In this document: piece after piece, positions 1-16,700 of the stretch
How positions within the stretch are numbered: position 1 is the stretch's first letter
Layout of the letters: every line of letters starts with the position of its first letter
DNA from: Trichinella spiralis
Lineage: Eukaryota
DNA length: 64,000 nucleotides
NCBI RefSeq assembly: GCF_000181795.1
Contig: NW_003526941.1
Location: forward strand, 7,305,930 to 7,369,929
Reading direction: 5' to 3'
Notes under the pieces: generated by a model
Database searches by the model: none
Told to the model about the DNA's origin: nothing
Seen by the model: only the letters and a program-made list of their open reading frames with translations
Translations under genes and position numbers: made by a program

Positions 1-2101
1 CAACAACAAACAATGTTTCTATTCTATAATTCAGAAATTTATTAATAAATAAATTGATCGGGCATTAATTATTCAACAATAACATGTGTTTTGATTCGCA
101 TATTTCATTGAAATAAAACGATTTTATGAAGATCAGAAGAAAAGCAATTTTTCTAAACATTCAATTAATTACCTCATTGCTATGAATAATACTTTTTATC
201 ATAATTTCATCCAATAAAATAGTACTGAACAATCATTTTCTCAATATTTGAATGTAAACTGAAAAGATGTGCAGTTATTTAATGCATTCTTTGTAGCACA
301 ACAAGAAAATTTACATTCTTTCATCAATGCATAAAACTAACTAATCAAATTCGTAATTACAGTATACCAAAAACAACAAGCACGTGTTTAGGAATTGAAA
401 AGGGGAAGTAATTACATTGTCAAACGAACCACTGTATTTCAATTAACAATAAAATTCATAATAAAGTAAAATTTTATGGGAAAATATGTTTGAAATTAAG
501 AAAAAATTTTAATACAATTAACAAGAAATTCAAATCAGAATCATAAGAAAACGACCATCACCAGTTCACAAAAATATTTCATGATGAATTGTGAGAAATT
601 TCAACAGAAATGCAATTTACCTCCCAAAACTTAAAAGAAGACGGTTTATTGAAAAAAAAGTATAATGTAAGCTGATTCATGCAAACAACAAGAATTCTGA
701 GCACTTCGATTTCGTTTTTTTTTAAATTATACTGGATACATTTTTGCAAAGTTTGTTGGTTTGATGATGAAAATTCTCCACAAAAAACTGAATATGAAAA
801 GTACAAAAACGAAACCGAAAATTCTGAACTCAAATACTGACCGAATAAAAAGTAGTGTGAGCACCAAAGATGAATTCAGGCAAATCACTGTTTGATTTTG
901 CTAATTAAACAAGTTGAGTTGCCCGTGAATCAGAACACCCACATCTTGTGTCAAGCGTGCTTTTCGGATAGTGAAATGTTTGAGTGCAATTGACAAGAAA
1001 AAAAACCCATGTACAGAAAAGCACATCGTCCTTGGTGACCCAGAGAACATTCAGTTTACTTTACAAAGCAACAGTGACCCACAAAAACTGATGTTACTTT
1101 TGAATTTGCTAGCAATCAAAAACTTCTGAGAAAATGCAGTATTAATTGCTTCAAAATTTTGATTTAAAAATCTTTAAAATCACATGCGTTTCACAAAACT
1201 TAAGCTAAAAAATAGGAAAATGCAACAGCTGTTTCTTTTCAAAAATGATAACATCATCACCCATATACTCTGGAATGAAAATTTTGAAAAAATGACAACT
1301 TAAAATTATAAAAAATGAAATCAAATCACAGATGCATAATAAAAAAATCAGAAAAGCATAAAAAGATGTAAATGATAGAACTCTTTCATATAACATCAAA
1401 TTATTATAGCACAATAAAAGAACATTCCACATACCTGACAGTACAAGGAAATAATTAATCATCACTGCTTGTCTCAGCAGATGGAGGCACTCAATGAATC
1501 AAAACCAGTGAATCAGTCAGAGCTCATTAAAAACTAAACGCAACAGCTCTCTTCAGAGTAAAAAATTACGAACCCAATATTACAGTAATTCTCAATTAAA
1601 AAATTTCAAGTAAGATTCAAGTAAAAGTAGGTTTCACGAAAAAAGATGAATATTTTGTATTATAAATAAAATGAAATATTACTTGGGATGAATTTGATAC
1701 ACTAATTGTTATATAAGTGAATTAATTGTTTTTTAAATGGATATAATTTTTTTCAATGTCATTTCGAGTTGAAAAAATTCAACAATTTCATGAGTTGAAA
1801 AACAAAAAATTCAAATCCGGTAGTTTGTGATGAAAATGAAATTCATACTCGAATATAAAATAATATTAATTAATAGCTATTGCAAAATTAGTATATCCAT
1901 ACATAGCATTTATTCGACTCTTTTGAGATATCTGCTTATAAGTTCAGTAAAGCAACTGGGCATGCATTTCAAAAGCTGTAACGAATTATTAAATGGCTTT
2001 TTTGCTAATAGCGAAACAATATTTCGCAGCTTAGATGTCATAAATTTACAATAATATACAATCGGTTGATTTNNNNNNNNNNGTCTGTTATTGCTTTGTA
2101 G

Positions 2102-5100
2102 ATCCCTGCCAGCTTCCATCTGTGTCAGGTCCTTGCGCTGGTCGAGAAATGCGTTATTACTGGACAGGAGAACGTTGTGAACAATTTACATACGGCGGTT
2201 GTTTGGGCAATTCGAACAATTTCCAATCATTGGAACAATGCCAACGACGATGTGGTAGCAAATCGACACAACAGCATATGCCATCATCAGAAGAGGTTAA
2301 AGTGTTGAGTTCTGCTGTTGCTGGTGGCGCAGGTGGTAGTGTTGGTCACAGCGGTGTTTTCACCGTTTCCCGTGTTGATGAAGCAGCTGAATCCAGTCGT
2401 CCAGGTAATATTAATTGCACTTTACAGTTCTTTTACAATATTTTCCCCTATTAACAGATGATAGCAGTATCTGTAATTTACCCAAAGATACAGGACCTTG
2501 CCGAGCATACATACCATCGTTCTACTTCGATCGAATGACGCAACAATGCCAACAGTTTGTCTACGGTGGATGTCAAGGCAATGAAAATCGTTTTCCAACT
2601 AGAAGCGGTAAGCAAAATCTTCCTATGCGCTGCTGTTGTGCTGTTGGTTTCACTTATGCTTATCTTCAGCGTGCGAAGCCGCGTGCGGAACTGTACGACA
2701 CCAGAACATCATCCACGGACGACCACATGAAAAGCCCGAAGAATCGACTACGTATGAAAATTTCAATAATGAAATCAACGATTTGGACAACAGCATCGAA
2801 AGTGATACTTACCGTTCACACGTCGGTATCGAATGCCCAGTTTTCTTTGCACAGCGTTCGCGTTGAGATAACAATTCGCTTCTTTTCTTCATAGATTACT
2901 GCAACTCCAGTCCTGAGGTTGGCCCTTGCCGTGATGCGACCACCAGATGGCATTATGAGCCTCGACGTGGAGAGTGCATTGAATTCGTTTATGGAGGATG
3001 CGGAGGGAATCGAAACAATTTCAAAACGCGTCAAGGTATATTTAACTGAACGCCACAAGCATGGAAATGTGGAAAAATGACAGAAAAGTATCACATATTT
3101 ACACGAACTGTTTTCAATTTACCTCTTACAGATTGCGAACGAGTGTGCGCTGAATTCAGTGATACTGAACCAGCACCGTTTGAAAAGCCACTTCAATCTA
3201 CGTCAAGGCCAGCAAGCAGTCCGGCACCTCGTTTTTATCCGTTGCCCACATCCGCACTGCCTGGTAAGTACTGACTGAGTAGTTGTTCAATTCTGTACTG
3301 AAATCAATAATGCACACTTTTTTGTTCAGATTTATGCCTACAGAGCAAAGATATTGGTACCTGCTATGGAAGTTTGCTGAACTGGTATTTTGACAGTGAA
3401 CGAATGCAGTGCACGTCGTTCATGTACACCGGATGTGGAGGCAACAGCAACCGTTTCACTTCTGAAGAAGCTTGCGAACGAGCTTGCGGCGCTTATCGTG
3501 ATCAAGGTTTTTATGAGATTAATTATTTATACAGTCTATTCTTCACATGATGAAACCAATTATTACAGATGTCTGCCGAATGCCACCGGACGAAGGGCCA
3601 TGCTTGGCATCAGTACCGAAATGGTCTTATAACCAGGAACGTGGCGAGTGCGTGTCGTTTGTGTACGGAGGATGCGAAGGAAACGGCAATCGTTTCTCTA
3701 GCAAAGAAGAATGCGACAATATTTGCAATCCACGCCGAACAAGCTACTTGAACGAAGGTAAATTTCAGTCTTTTTAACACTTTTAAAATTGTGCTAAAAA
3801 ACCAACCAAACAAACCAAATTATGGACACTACACTGCACAGTTTGTTAATTGATTTTCATTCACATTTTCACGGGAATTCTTTCTTTCCCATTCATCTAA
3901 ATAAGTAAATACACAAACATATACAAGGGAAAATATTATATGAACAGTGAAGAAAAAAATAACTGCAATTTTTACCCAAAGCAGCAGCATGTGCGTGGTG
4001 TGTTGAATATTTGATGGTCGCTATTTTGCTTGTTTTTGCCTCACTTGTTTTCCATCCACTGCTGCAATTCATAGTAGGGGGATTAAATTTAAAGAATTCC
4101 ACTGATAAACGAATAAATTCCACTCTTGCTTGCCTCTTCAATTGTCCATCAGTTTCAACAGAATTTCGTTATAATAATAATAATGATAATGTGTGTGTGT
4201 GAGTGTACAGACGTGTGTGATTTGGAACGTGATGCTGGACCTTGTTTGGATCCGATCAGCCAGTGGTACTTCGACCGTGTGTCCAGCGCGTGTAAATTGT
4301 TCACATATGGCGGCTGTCGAGGCAATGCGAACCGCTTCAACACGAAAAGCGAATGCGAGGCACGTTGCGTTCAACCTGCAAAACTGACAACAACAGGTAG
4401 ACAACAAGAGAGGGACAGCAGAGGGGCAAGCAGCAAGCAACGTTTGCGGCGCTTTAACGACACAGTTTAAATAATTTCATTTAAATTCAGCCCCATTACT
4501 AATTTAAAATTCGTTCGATATTGTAAAGGTCTTCTTCTAACACTCGCAGGCAGTGCTTGTGAACTGGAGTTCGATTCTGGCCCCTGTCAGCAGTCGTTTC
4601 TGCGCAAGTGGTACCACGACCCTCGGTCGCATAAGTGCAGACCGTTCGCGTACGGTGGCTGCGGCGGCAATGACAACCGATTCGACTCGGAACAAGAATG
4701 CGCATCCGCTTGTAATGCAGCTGTCAGCATGTCCATTACGGACGATGATCGTAAGAGAACATTCGGTGAGCAGAATATTTTTCTCACTGAAAACGTCTGC
4801 AAGCGCGCACGTAAACACTGCATCTGAAAAGTGAAACGAATGAAACAAACGAATGACAACACAACATACCAATGATAATAATGCTGCCACACACAGCTTA
4901 TATTTTTTTGCTGGAATTTTTCCATTCCATTACTTGTTAGTTTTAATGCTTAATTTCCATTCCAGAACATGCTCCAGTTTCGGTACAAGTCGACAGCACG
5001 CGTTGGACCTATCAAGAAGGACAGCCAATTGTACTGAATTGTAGAGGCGGGACAGACGAGATGCACCACAAAAATAACGTAGTCTGGTACAAGGATAATC

Positions 5101-5528
5101 GTCACGTTGCTGCCGATGTCAGTCGACGAATTGAAGTGAGAAATGTTCTCGTTTTTTTTGCAGATCCGTAATAAAATTCCAAATTACCAATGTTCAGGTT
5201 CAGTTCAACGGCTCGTTAACCATAAATTCAGCAAAAATATCCGACAGCGGAGAGTACAGTTGCGCGTTACTGCAACCAGCTGGTTCATTCTCGTCCGCTG
5301 TACGCGTTGTAGTTGAAGGTAATCAGTTGATCTGTTGTTCTGCCATTTTGGAGGTGATAAATTTAAATTTTCTTTCACTTCACTTTAGCCCAGAGACAAG
5401 AATCCAACAACGAAAATTGTGTCGACAATCCGTTACTGGCGAACTGCCGACTAGTGGTCAGTGCAGGCCTTTGCAGTCACACCTATTATGGTCGTTACTG
5501 CTGTCAGTCTTGCCGAAATGTAAATTAA
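2102..5528 (+). CDS. mig-6: Papilin/MIG-6-like extracellular matrix protein, 3' part (multi-exon; 5' end lost at gap 2073-2082): 7 Kunitz domains, one Ig domain, C-terminal PLAC domain
   Basis: Seven Kunitz repeats with the G-x-C ... Y-x-G-C-x-G-N-x-N-x-F signature start near 2102, 2458, 2895, 3330, 3569, 4211 and 4550, joined by GT-AG introns. Ig-like exons at about 4967-5318 (VWYKD, DSGEYSC). The last exon encodes the PLAC motif CVDNPLLANCRLVVSAGLCSHTYYGRYCCQSC, stop TAA at 5526-5528. Confidence 0.9.
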
Positions 5529-6778
5529 CCACATCTTCTTCTTCATTCATCACCATCATCATAAACCAAATCAACAAAGAAGAACAATACAATAAGCACA
5601 GCTAGCTGTTGGCTTATTTATTTATCAATTTATAGTCTAGTTGTTACTCTCTCTGTTTTTTATTCTCTTTTAATTGATATTTTACAGCATAAGTTGATCA
5701 ATCCTACCCGCTTGACATTTCTTCTTTTAACTCTGTCGTTAATTCCATTTAATCGTTAATACATATATACATAGTATATGCAATATGTCCAACATGTCCT
5801 CCTATGCTTATTAATTTACAAGCATGTCACACTGCCAATAAATAGACTCAAGAATTATTAATGCTTTTGTTTTCCTCTAGCCATCATAAAATTGGTAAGC
5901 AAATAATAAAATGCAAATCCATCTTCCACATTACTTTCTCTCTTTCCCATTATTATAGTTTGTGTGTTTGTGTGCATTTCATATGATCATACTTTATCCC
6001 AAATGTCCACATTTATTGCACACTTGTACTGACGAGTGAGTGAGTATTAAAAAACAAAAAAAAGTTCACCAATACACAGATCTGTTTCTTTGTTGAAATC
6101 ATCTTTACAACTTCTGACAAGAAATCAAACAACGAGACTATGTTAGCAATTAATACATGTCGTTGCAATAGAGTTATACGTATATATACATATAACATGT
6201 ATACATTATATACGTAATATATAGCAATGGAAGATGATGATAAAGAATCAGACAAATAGAAACCAGAACACAAACAATTATTATAAATTTCTTCTTTTTT
6301 GTATAAAAAAGCAGGATAGGGCGTAGTAGAAAAAAATTGTCCATACCATGCTTATGTAAAAATCAGCCAATTTCACTTCAGTTTCACCGTTGTCTACTAG
6401 CCGACCAGCACATTGGAAAAACTGATTATACACATAAGCTGATGACTATTATTTTGTTAACACAAACGAGATAAATAAAGTTGAAGCATTATGAAACTGA
6501 ACGATGCAAAATTTTTACCAAACCCCAAAATTGACAATAAATGGGCATGGCTGGTGGTGGAATGAAAAAACTTTTAAATTAAAAAAAAAGTTCACTTATT
6601 CTTACTACAGAAGGATGAAAAGAGCGTCGGCAAAGAAGAAAATAAGAAGATGAAAGAAGAAAAAAATGTCACACTTGCGAGCGACCATAGCAGGATGATG
6701 ATGATGATGATGATATGTATGACGATGATCAAATTTTCCTTTTTCAAATATAAAAGCGGTCAAGATGGAATCCGATAC

Positions 6779-9607
<2,829 letters not shown>

Positions 9608-10523
9608 TTTGATGTTTCCTGTGTCTGAAACTAATAAGCAGAAATTAATACTAAAACGTGAACTGAACCAACCAACCACTGCGTAAGTGTCACGATTTCA
9701 GGCACAGTAACTTGACAAGTAGGTTTCATCAGAAGACAGTACGCAAACGGTAGAACATTATTTTACTATTTGTTTCTGTCATTGATAGTAATAATAATGG
9801 AGCAAGTGAAAATTGAAAAATAGCCAATTTTACAAATCAAATCTAATGATATTTAAAGTAATTCATCAATTTTATTCCATTTAAAATAATATTTTCAAAG
9901 AAATGCAATATGGCTTTACATATATATCATTTGTTACATACATTTTATGCGTGTATTTATATAATTTGGATATATGTGTGTAAATTGCCTGCGTAAAAAA
10001 CATCTTTTTAAAATTCCTTACAAGTCATGAAAAAATAATAAATTATACATTGCCAAGTGAGTAAGTCATTGTATGAGAATAATGCACCTGAACGTCAGCA
10101 GTCACATTGTAAAGATGTGGAAAAAATTGTAAATAACATTAATATTTTAACATAATAAACTCAACTGATAAACTAACAAGTTGAGAATAAACGGAAAAGT
10201 AGTATTTTTGTTATTTCCTTGTTAGAGAAGAATGAATGAGCATGTCGAAATTAATCTTTCCCCTTTGGTGGAAAGTTTTGCATAAAAGTTGGTGCTTTTA
10301 TAAAGTAGTGAATTTTCAATTCATGTCAGCAAATTGTTGAAAAAGAATTAATTTAATTCAATTTCAAAGTTGAATTTCAACATTTCACGAACAGTGTGCT
10401 GTTCAGAGTGAAAATGCCGGCAACTGTCATCGATTGAGTACAGTACAGCATAGTGCAGTTTATCGGATGAATAACAACGATGGCTGAAAGTTGAACCCAA
10501 TCCAATGGACTTTGAACAATAAT

Positions 10524-11420
10524 CTATGGTTTTGTTTGACCAGCGGACGCTAGCTGCGAGCCTTTGGATTTCAACAATTCGAAGAGCTTCAAAAAGCTAA
10601 CCTGAGTTCTTTTTTCCTTAGAACGCAAATGCATTTGACAGCGCTTGTTTACAGTGTAAAACCAAAGTCCCAAAGCGGTGACAAAATTAAATATGACGGC
10701 CAAACAGAATGGCCATATTGGTCCGAGCAGCTTTTCGAACCAGGGAACACTTTCTGGTGAAAATAGTTTAGCAAAGAGATAATCCGACGCTTCAGATCCG
10801 ACCGACATCACCAACACCGTCGACAAAGTCAACACCATGCCGGTGCATATGCCGGCCATTTGGATGGCAATGTGAGGCCAAAGTAGCCAAGCTCTGTTGG
10901 TCAAAACACCGATAACAACCATCGCAATTACAGTCAACAAAAGCAAAGCAACAACACCACGCCACGAGATGGAAAACGCATCCTTATTGTTGGACGAGTA
11001 TACAATGTGCAACACGAACCAACTGACCAAAGCGGTCGCTTCCAGCACAACAATGGCCAGTGTTCCATAACGAACTGTCCAACAATTATCACAATTATTA
11101 TCTGCAGATTGGGAGTTGTCAGTTGTCACGTCATGAACAGTGTGTTGTGTCGTTGAATTTTCTTGTTCTTGTTCAATAACTGCCGCAGATACAGGCAAGT
11201 CGATTTTGGCGGTTGTGTGATCGCCTCCTGTTTTCACAACTTCCTTGAACTCTGCTGCAAATGTCTCACCATTTCCACTAACATCCGCTACTGGTACTGC
11301 TTGCGTGATATGGATTTTCTTAGTCGGTTTCAAGAAATCGATAACTCTTTTATTCCATTTTTGCTTACCTTCACTGATAATGGTCTTGATGATGGGCGCT
11401 TTTTTGTTTTGTGACTGATT
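10524..11420 (-). CDS. Four-transmembrane protein of unknown function (LAPTM/tetraspan-like topology); large terminal exon, start exon not resolved
   Basis: The frame is open from an acceptor (ctttag|) at 11420 to the stop at 10524. A polar N-terminus is followed by four hydrophobic helices, including G-V-x5-L-L-W-P-H-I-x2-Q. Confidence 0.7.
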   Translation of the reverse strand, partial: NQSQNKKAPIIKTIISEGKQKWNKRVIDFLKPTKKIHITQAVPVADVSGNGETFAAEFKEVVKTGGDHTTAKIDLPVSAAVIEQEQENSTTQHTVHDVTTDNSQSADNNCDNCWTVRYGTLAIVVLEATALVSWFVLHIVYSSNNKDAFSISWRGVVALLLLTVIAMVVIGVLTNRAWLLWPHIAIQMAGICTGMVLTLSTVLVMSVGSEASDYLFAKLFSPESVPWFEKLLGPIWPFCLAVIFNFVTALGLWFYTVNKRCQMHLRSKEKRTQVSFLKLFELLKSKGSQLASAGQTKP

Positions 11421-12453
11421 CTAAAGAAGGATGGATGGATAACTGTTTTTTAAAATGGATCAAGTGAAACAATTTTCTCATTTGATATACTGTTCAAGAA
11501 AATATTAATCCGTTCTATAATTGTAAAAAAAGCAATAAATAATACAAAAATTACCATAAGTATGAATATGAAGTTGAGAAAATTGACAACTGTAGAGGAA
11601 GTAAGTGAACAACTAACTAATCATTTACTGTGTATGCGTGTGTGTGTGTCACAACTTCTGCTTTTGCTAGATGAATGTTTAATTTGCCAGTTTTATTCAA
11701 CCAAGCGCATGCCAGCCAACGACAACACTGACGCGTCCCAGTTTCAAACAACGATCAACGTTCACCTCTGGGCGGTTACTGTGCTATTTTCCCACATCTA
11801 CAAAATAAACACAATTCCTTCATTTTGAGTATATTGCAGCACAAACATGAATGGTCAACGTTGCCAAGATAAATCTTCAACCACCACTACTACTGCAACA
11901 AGACGACCAAATATTTGAATTATGCAATGCATAAAACGGTTATGCATTTTTTATTTCGTTTTGTTCAATATGCAATCACTAATTATTACTAATACAAGTG
12001 GAACAACTTTTTTTTCAATGAAAATCATTCATTTATTTTGATTTTTCAGATTCCATTGATCATATATGTAATATTATTAATTTCAGATATGAATGCAGAA
12101 AGTTTTTGCTGTGAACACTGACCTCAACCTTATTTATTTATGAGTAGAAAATTGATTACTGCAAATAATAATTTCAAAAAAACCCTTGAAAATTTGTAAA
12201 TTATAAAATTTTTAAAAGCAGTTTTGATCAGTTGTTGATGAAGTTGAACTAATGAAAGACAGTTGAAAGAAATTTAAGAAAATTTTAATTGCACTGCAAG
12301 TTCTAGTTGTGGAAAGACAAATTGCATCATTTTGAAATAGAAAATTTGAAAAGCACACTGAATTAGTTGACTATCGCTGAAAGTTTTCATCAAACCAAAC
12401 TTTCCCCCACCAATGGAAATAATATTGAACAGAAAAATACGAGATAATGTAGT

Positions 12454-13707
12454 TCAGCTTCTGTGCTTAGCAACTTGTGAAGGGGCTTTGGGAACAAGTT
12501 TGCAGTAAAGTTTCTCTAAACCAAGTAATGAAAAAGCAATAAGCGTAGTAAAAATAAGAAAATAAAAATAATCTTGAATTTTTCCAATTTCCAACGATTT
12601 CAGTGAAAAATAATCCGTGGTACAAAATACAGTTTTGTTCGGTCGACTGTAAATAGCCGCCCGGCCTGCGTAGAACATGCGCAACGCTTTCGTTGACATG
12701 AGGGACAACTTGCTTTCCAGAGCTTCTTCTCTGTAATAGAAAACGCTTTGCAGTCGTGAAGTTTCTTTCACTATCGAAATCACTTTCACAAAGCAAAATC
12801 TGCTCTCGTAAAACTCTTTCAAACTGGACAAATCGACGCCGATGTAACATAACGAAGATTTAGTGATTAATTTTCCCATTTCAAAACGATTGTCCACGTA
12901 GAGGGGTGGATTTTTCACAAATGCCCTTCTGAACAATCCTGTCCAGGGGATTTCATCTTCAGCTTTTGGATTGATCAACAGATGATGAAATATTGGATCG
13001 TCTTTGATCGAAGTTAACATTGTAAATCTGCATTTCTTTCTCAACAACAGTCGGCCAAGTTCGTTCAAGTTGTCAAAGCCGTATTCAATTCTCTCGTCCT
13101 TTTTGACCAAATAAACGGTTATGATGTTCGAAACGAGATTTAGAAAAAATATCACTGATATGAATGCAAACGTGTAAATAATTGTCTCTCGAAATGACCG
13201 CAGAAACGAAATTAGACGATTTTTCCTACTAAAATCTTGCTCAAACGCGTAAACCTCGTAAATGTATTTCGATATATGCGAAAGCATATAAATGCTCAGT
13301 AAAGTGATGGTGAACAGAAACCAGACGTCAGTTTCGACAAATGCGACTGCGTGAAAATCTGCCGCCGCACTGGCGGAACGGCTTTTCACTACCAAAGCAA
13401 TGGCATCGAACAAATACACTGGAGTATTTTGAAACTTGCCAAAGTATTCTTCAATCAGTGGAGCACCAACGCCGGTAAAATCAGCCGCTCCAGTCTCCAA
13501 AGCGTTGTACATGGCATTTCTGTCTTTCACCCGAATCCACTGGACATTATAATCCATCAAATAATGTAACACAACGTATATATATTCTGCATCAAGGCCG
13601 GGTCCGGGATTGGTGCAACCATTTGGATACGAAGTGAAGCAGTTTAATAGAAATGGGGGATTCACAAAACCGACAACACGAACCGTTCGATTCGACGCCT
13701 CGACCAT
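12454..13707 (-). CDS. Intronless divergent ionotropic glutamate receptor / ionotropic receptor (IR)-like protein, 417 aa
   Basis: S1-like lobe (VRVVGFVNPPF ... GLDAEYI ... LETGAADF ... TPVY). Pre-M1/M1 (FVETDVWFLFTITLLSIYML). M3-like (FFLNLVSNIITVYL). S2 start (FDNLNEL). M4 (SLEIGKIQDYFYFLIFTTLIAFSLLGLEK). Confidence 0.7.
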   Translation of the reverse strand: MVEASNRTVRVVGFVNPPFLLNCFTSYPNGCTNPGPGLDAEYIYVVLHYLMDYNVQWIRVKDRNAMYNALETGAADFTGVGAPLIEEYFGKFQNTPVYLFDAIALVVKSRSASAAADFHAVAFVETDVWFLFTITLLSIYMLSHISKYIYEVYAFEQDFSRKNRLISFLRSFRETIIYTFAFISVIFFLNLVSNIITVYLVKKDERIEYGFDNLNELGRLLLRKKCRFTMLTSIKDDPIFHHLLINPKAEDEIPWTGLFRRAFVKNPPLYVDNRFEMGKLITKSSLCYIGVDLSSLKEFYESRFCFVKVISIVKETSRLQSVFYYREEALESKLSLMSTKALRMFYAGRAAIYSRPNKTVFCTTDYFSLKSLEIGKIQDYFYFLIFTTLIAFSLLGLEKLYCKLVPKAPSQVAKHRS

Positions 13708-16700
13708 TTTGCATACTAATTGGTGTACAGTTTGGAAACGATCTTCAACAGCTCACCCAATACAGCAAACTCAACTGTTGAAATTTCCTCTACCAATGAA
13801 ACGGCACAACAGCAATTCGTTTTAATTTATCATAAAATTTTCCAATACGCTTGATCAACAGCAACAGACCGATCATTGGTTGATTTATAAATTTTTCATC
13901 CACTCAGTACGTCAACTAATATAGCCTGGACACTATTGTTTTTCCACTTGGTATTGTTCACAATTTAAATGCTGCTTGCCTATTTCTAATTTCCCTTTTT
14001 CTCCAGCAATCGAAACAAATGGCGCTCACAAGTGACATTAACACAATGATATGTGTTTTCAAGTATTGATCTTGAATAAATTTTTTTCCCCGCACAAAAT
14101 TCCTATTCTAAACATTACATATCTAGAGCACAGTAATAAAGAAAAATCATAATAATAATGACAATTTCAGTTGCAAAACACACCGACTAAAAGTAAACCA
14201 AAAATGCTTTTATGACAAAAAAAAATATCCATCAAATTTGCATATATTTTCATTTCAACAGCAGAGCAATTGCATCACCGACCTACAATGTTGAATTCAT
14301 GACAGACTAATTAATTCATCATTTGGAGTTTTCTCTTTGGTTGATCTGAATTAAACGCGAATACTGAAATGAATTCAATTGCACACTTAAGTGCCGCTGA
14401 TTAAATTTGCATGATTTTTGAAAACAAACCTGCATTCCTCTTTTCGGATATTGTAGGTCTGCTTTTCGAATTAAAGAAATAAAAAGCAAATGAAAGAAAT
14501 TAAAAATTGAAACCAATTCCACCAACAACTAACAGATTCATCAAAAGAAAAAGAGAAGTATCGTTATTGAATTTGTAAATTAAATTTAAATGACAAATCA
14601 CCACTCTACAAAAGCGAATATTTTCCATTTGAACTAACAAATTAAATTAACGTGTACATGGATGAATTTGCACCATAAGAATGGAAAAGAGCTATTTTTT
14701 TGAAGATAGCTTATTTCAAAAAAAAATAAAATTTAAATGAAACGAATAATTTAGAAAAAGCAGCAAATTCAGAACAATTTGAGTTCTAATTTTTGTTGGA
14801 CAAAAAGCAGAAATAAAAAATGAACTTTTGAAATTGTTTAAAAAATAAACAAAATACATTTTTTTGATGATAAAAAAGTAAAATACAAATCAATTTTTTG
14901 ATGAAAATATGCACACACTCGCGTGCATGAAATCAGGGCAAAAATTGATGCTGTTGAGAGGGAATGGAAAAATTATACAACAATTCTATATTTGAATTTC
15001 AAATCTGTTATTATTGTAGCCAAGTTTTGTAGAGTTTGAAAATTTTTTCCGTCCAACATTGGATATGCTGTGCGGCAGATTAAAATTAATTTTCCACATA
15101 TGGTGGCCATTTTAGTAGCTCAAATTGAAACCGCTTCGTCTGTGTTCTACAACGAGTGCTGCTTGAACACTTGGAAAATGTAAAAACCCATTGAACTGAA
15201 ATGAACTGGTTCAGCAGTTCTTGAGTGTTGTTCATTTTAAAAGGGTTTTGCCTGATTTATTCGTCGATCTCTGCCTGCTCTTGCCACTTTTCCTTTCAAC
15301 GGACAATTTTAGGATGAAAGAGGGGTTAAAAATCGAAATCTCCTCTCTCTCACTCTCTCGACCCGGTATATAAATATACATGCATATTCCACGGATCAGG
15401 GTAGCGCTGTTCGTCACGCCAAGGTCAGCATAATTTTCCGTTTTGCCACATATATGCACAAGCACCAGAATTGACAATTTGGTTACCATGGTAAGTTTTG
15501 GAACCTTGCGTACCGTGACCAACAAATATTACAATAAGAATAGCTTTGTGAAATAGAACTGATGACGAAGAGCAGCACACTGTGATCAATCGGAAAGCGC
15601 ACACGGCAACGGCAAGCTCACCAAGTGCACCTGTTCCGTCGACCATTTCCACTTTGATTAGCTGACCAACAAATGATGGTCACAAGCTGACCGACGTTGA
15701 TCCGTTGTACACCTGTGGACGTCGGTCACTGGCGACACAATCTTTGATCAAAATGGTCTCGTCGGAGATGTCTGATTTTCATCAACGACTGTGCAACAAA
15801 ATAGCGGAATTGCAACCAAACAAACAGCATGCTTATTCTAAGCTCTACATATTGGCAGATTCAGATTCAGTCGCAGCAACAACAACAACAATTAAATGTA
15901 ATCAAATGATGATGCATGCGGAAAAAAATTCTACCAACATCCTCCTGATAGAAAAAAATGCATTGTATCTATGTTGACCATGTCAATTGTATCGTCAGCT
16001 TATTCTCTATCGACCTCTGAACCTTGACACAGCAATTCAGTCAACTTCCTCACCAAATACTGACTGCTTTCAAAAGTACTTATACCGATCATCGATTGCC
16101 AACTATTCCGCATCTTTCTTTGGACAGCTGTTCACACCAAAAAGCGGCCTACGTTTGAATTTTCAGCACAACGAACACAGTGAAATGTTCTCTGCTTCTA
16201 TTTATATGGATTGTGAAGACTAAATTTTTACTTTTTTTTGGGTAAAAATATTTTTTCCTATAATCTACATTTCATTGAATAGGAAGCAAATCATAATCGG
16301 TATCTGTGAACAAAAACAGTAGGTCATCACTGCTGTCCACAGTAACATTCAACTGCCTCCAACCAACTAAAGGTAAGCGTTCAAAATCACAGCTATTCAT
16401 TCATTCACTCGATGCATACAAGCACACAATTGTTGCCAGGTCATCATGACAATCAATGCAATTTAAGAGTAAGTAGTAAAATTGAATATTTATTGCCTTG
16501 CATTTGCAATGCACCTATTTTTTCAAACGAGCGCTCTTCTTATTTTTCATATCCTTTCTATTAATCAGTGAAGTTAAATTTAAAAAAAAATGCAGAAATT
16601 CTCAATGAAACAGCAATATATTTTCGCTATTGGATAGATGAATAGGCAAAATCACTACTACTCCCTACAATGCTCTATAATTTTAAGCATTTTTGAAAAC

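Noticed and set aside
1475..1492. cagcagatggaggcac resembling a CTCF-type site
   Set aside because: Single imperfect match with no supporting context.
15365..15665. TATA-like box, ATG|gtaagt donor and downstream exon-like segment
   Set aside because: Splicing 15490 to 15557 gives stops in every phase tested. It could be non-coding, but I cannot support a gene call.
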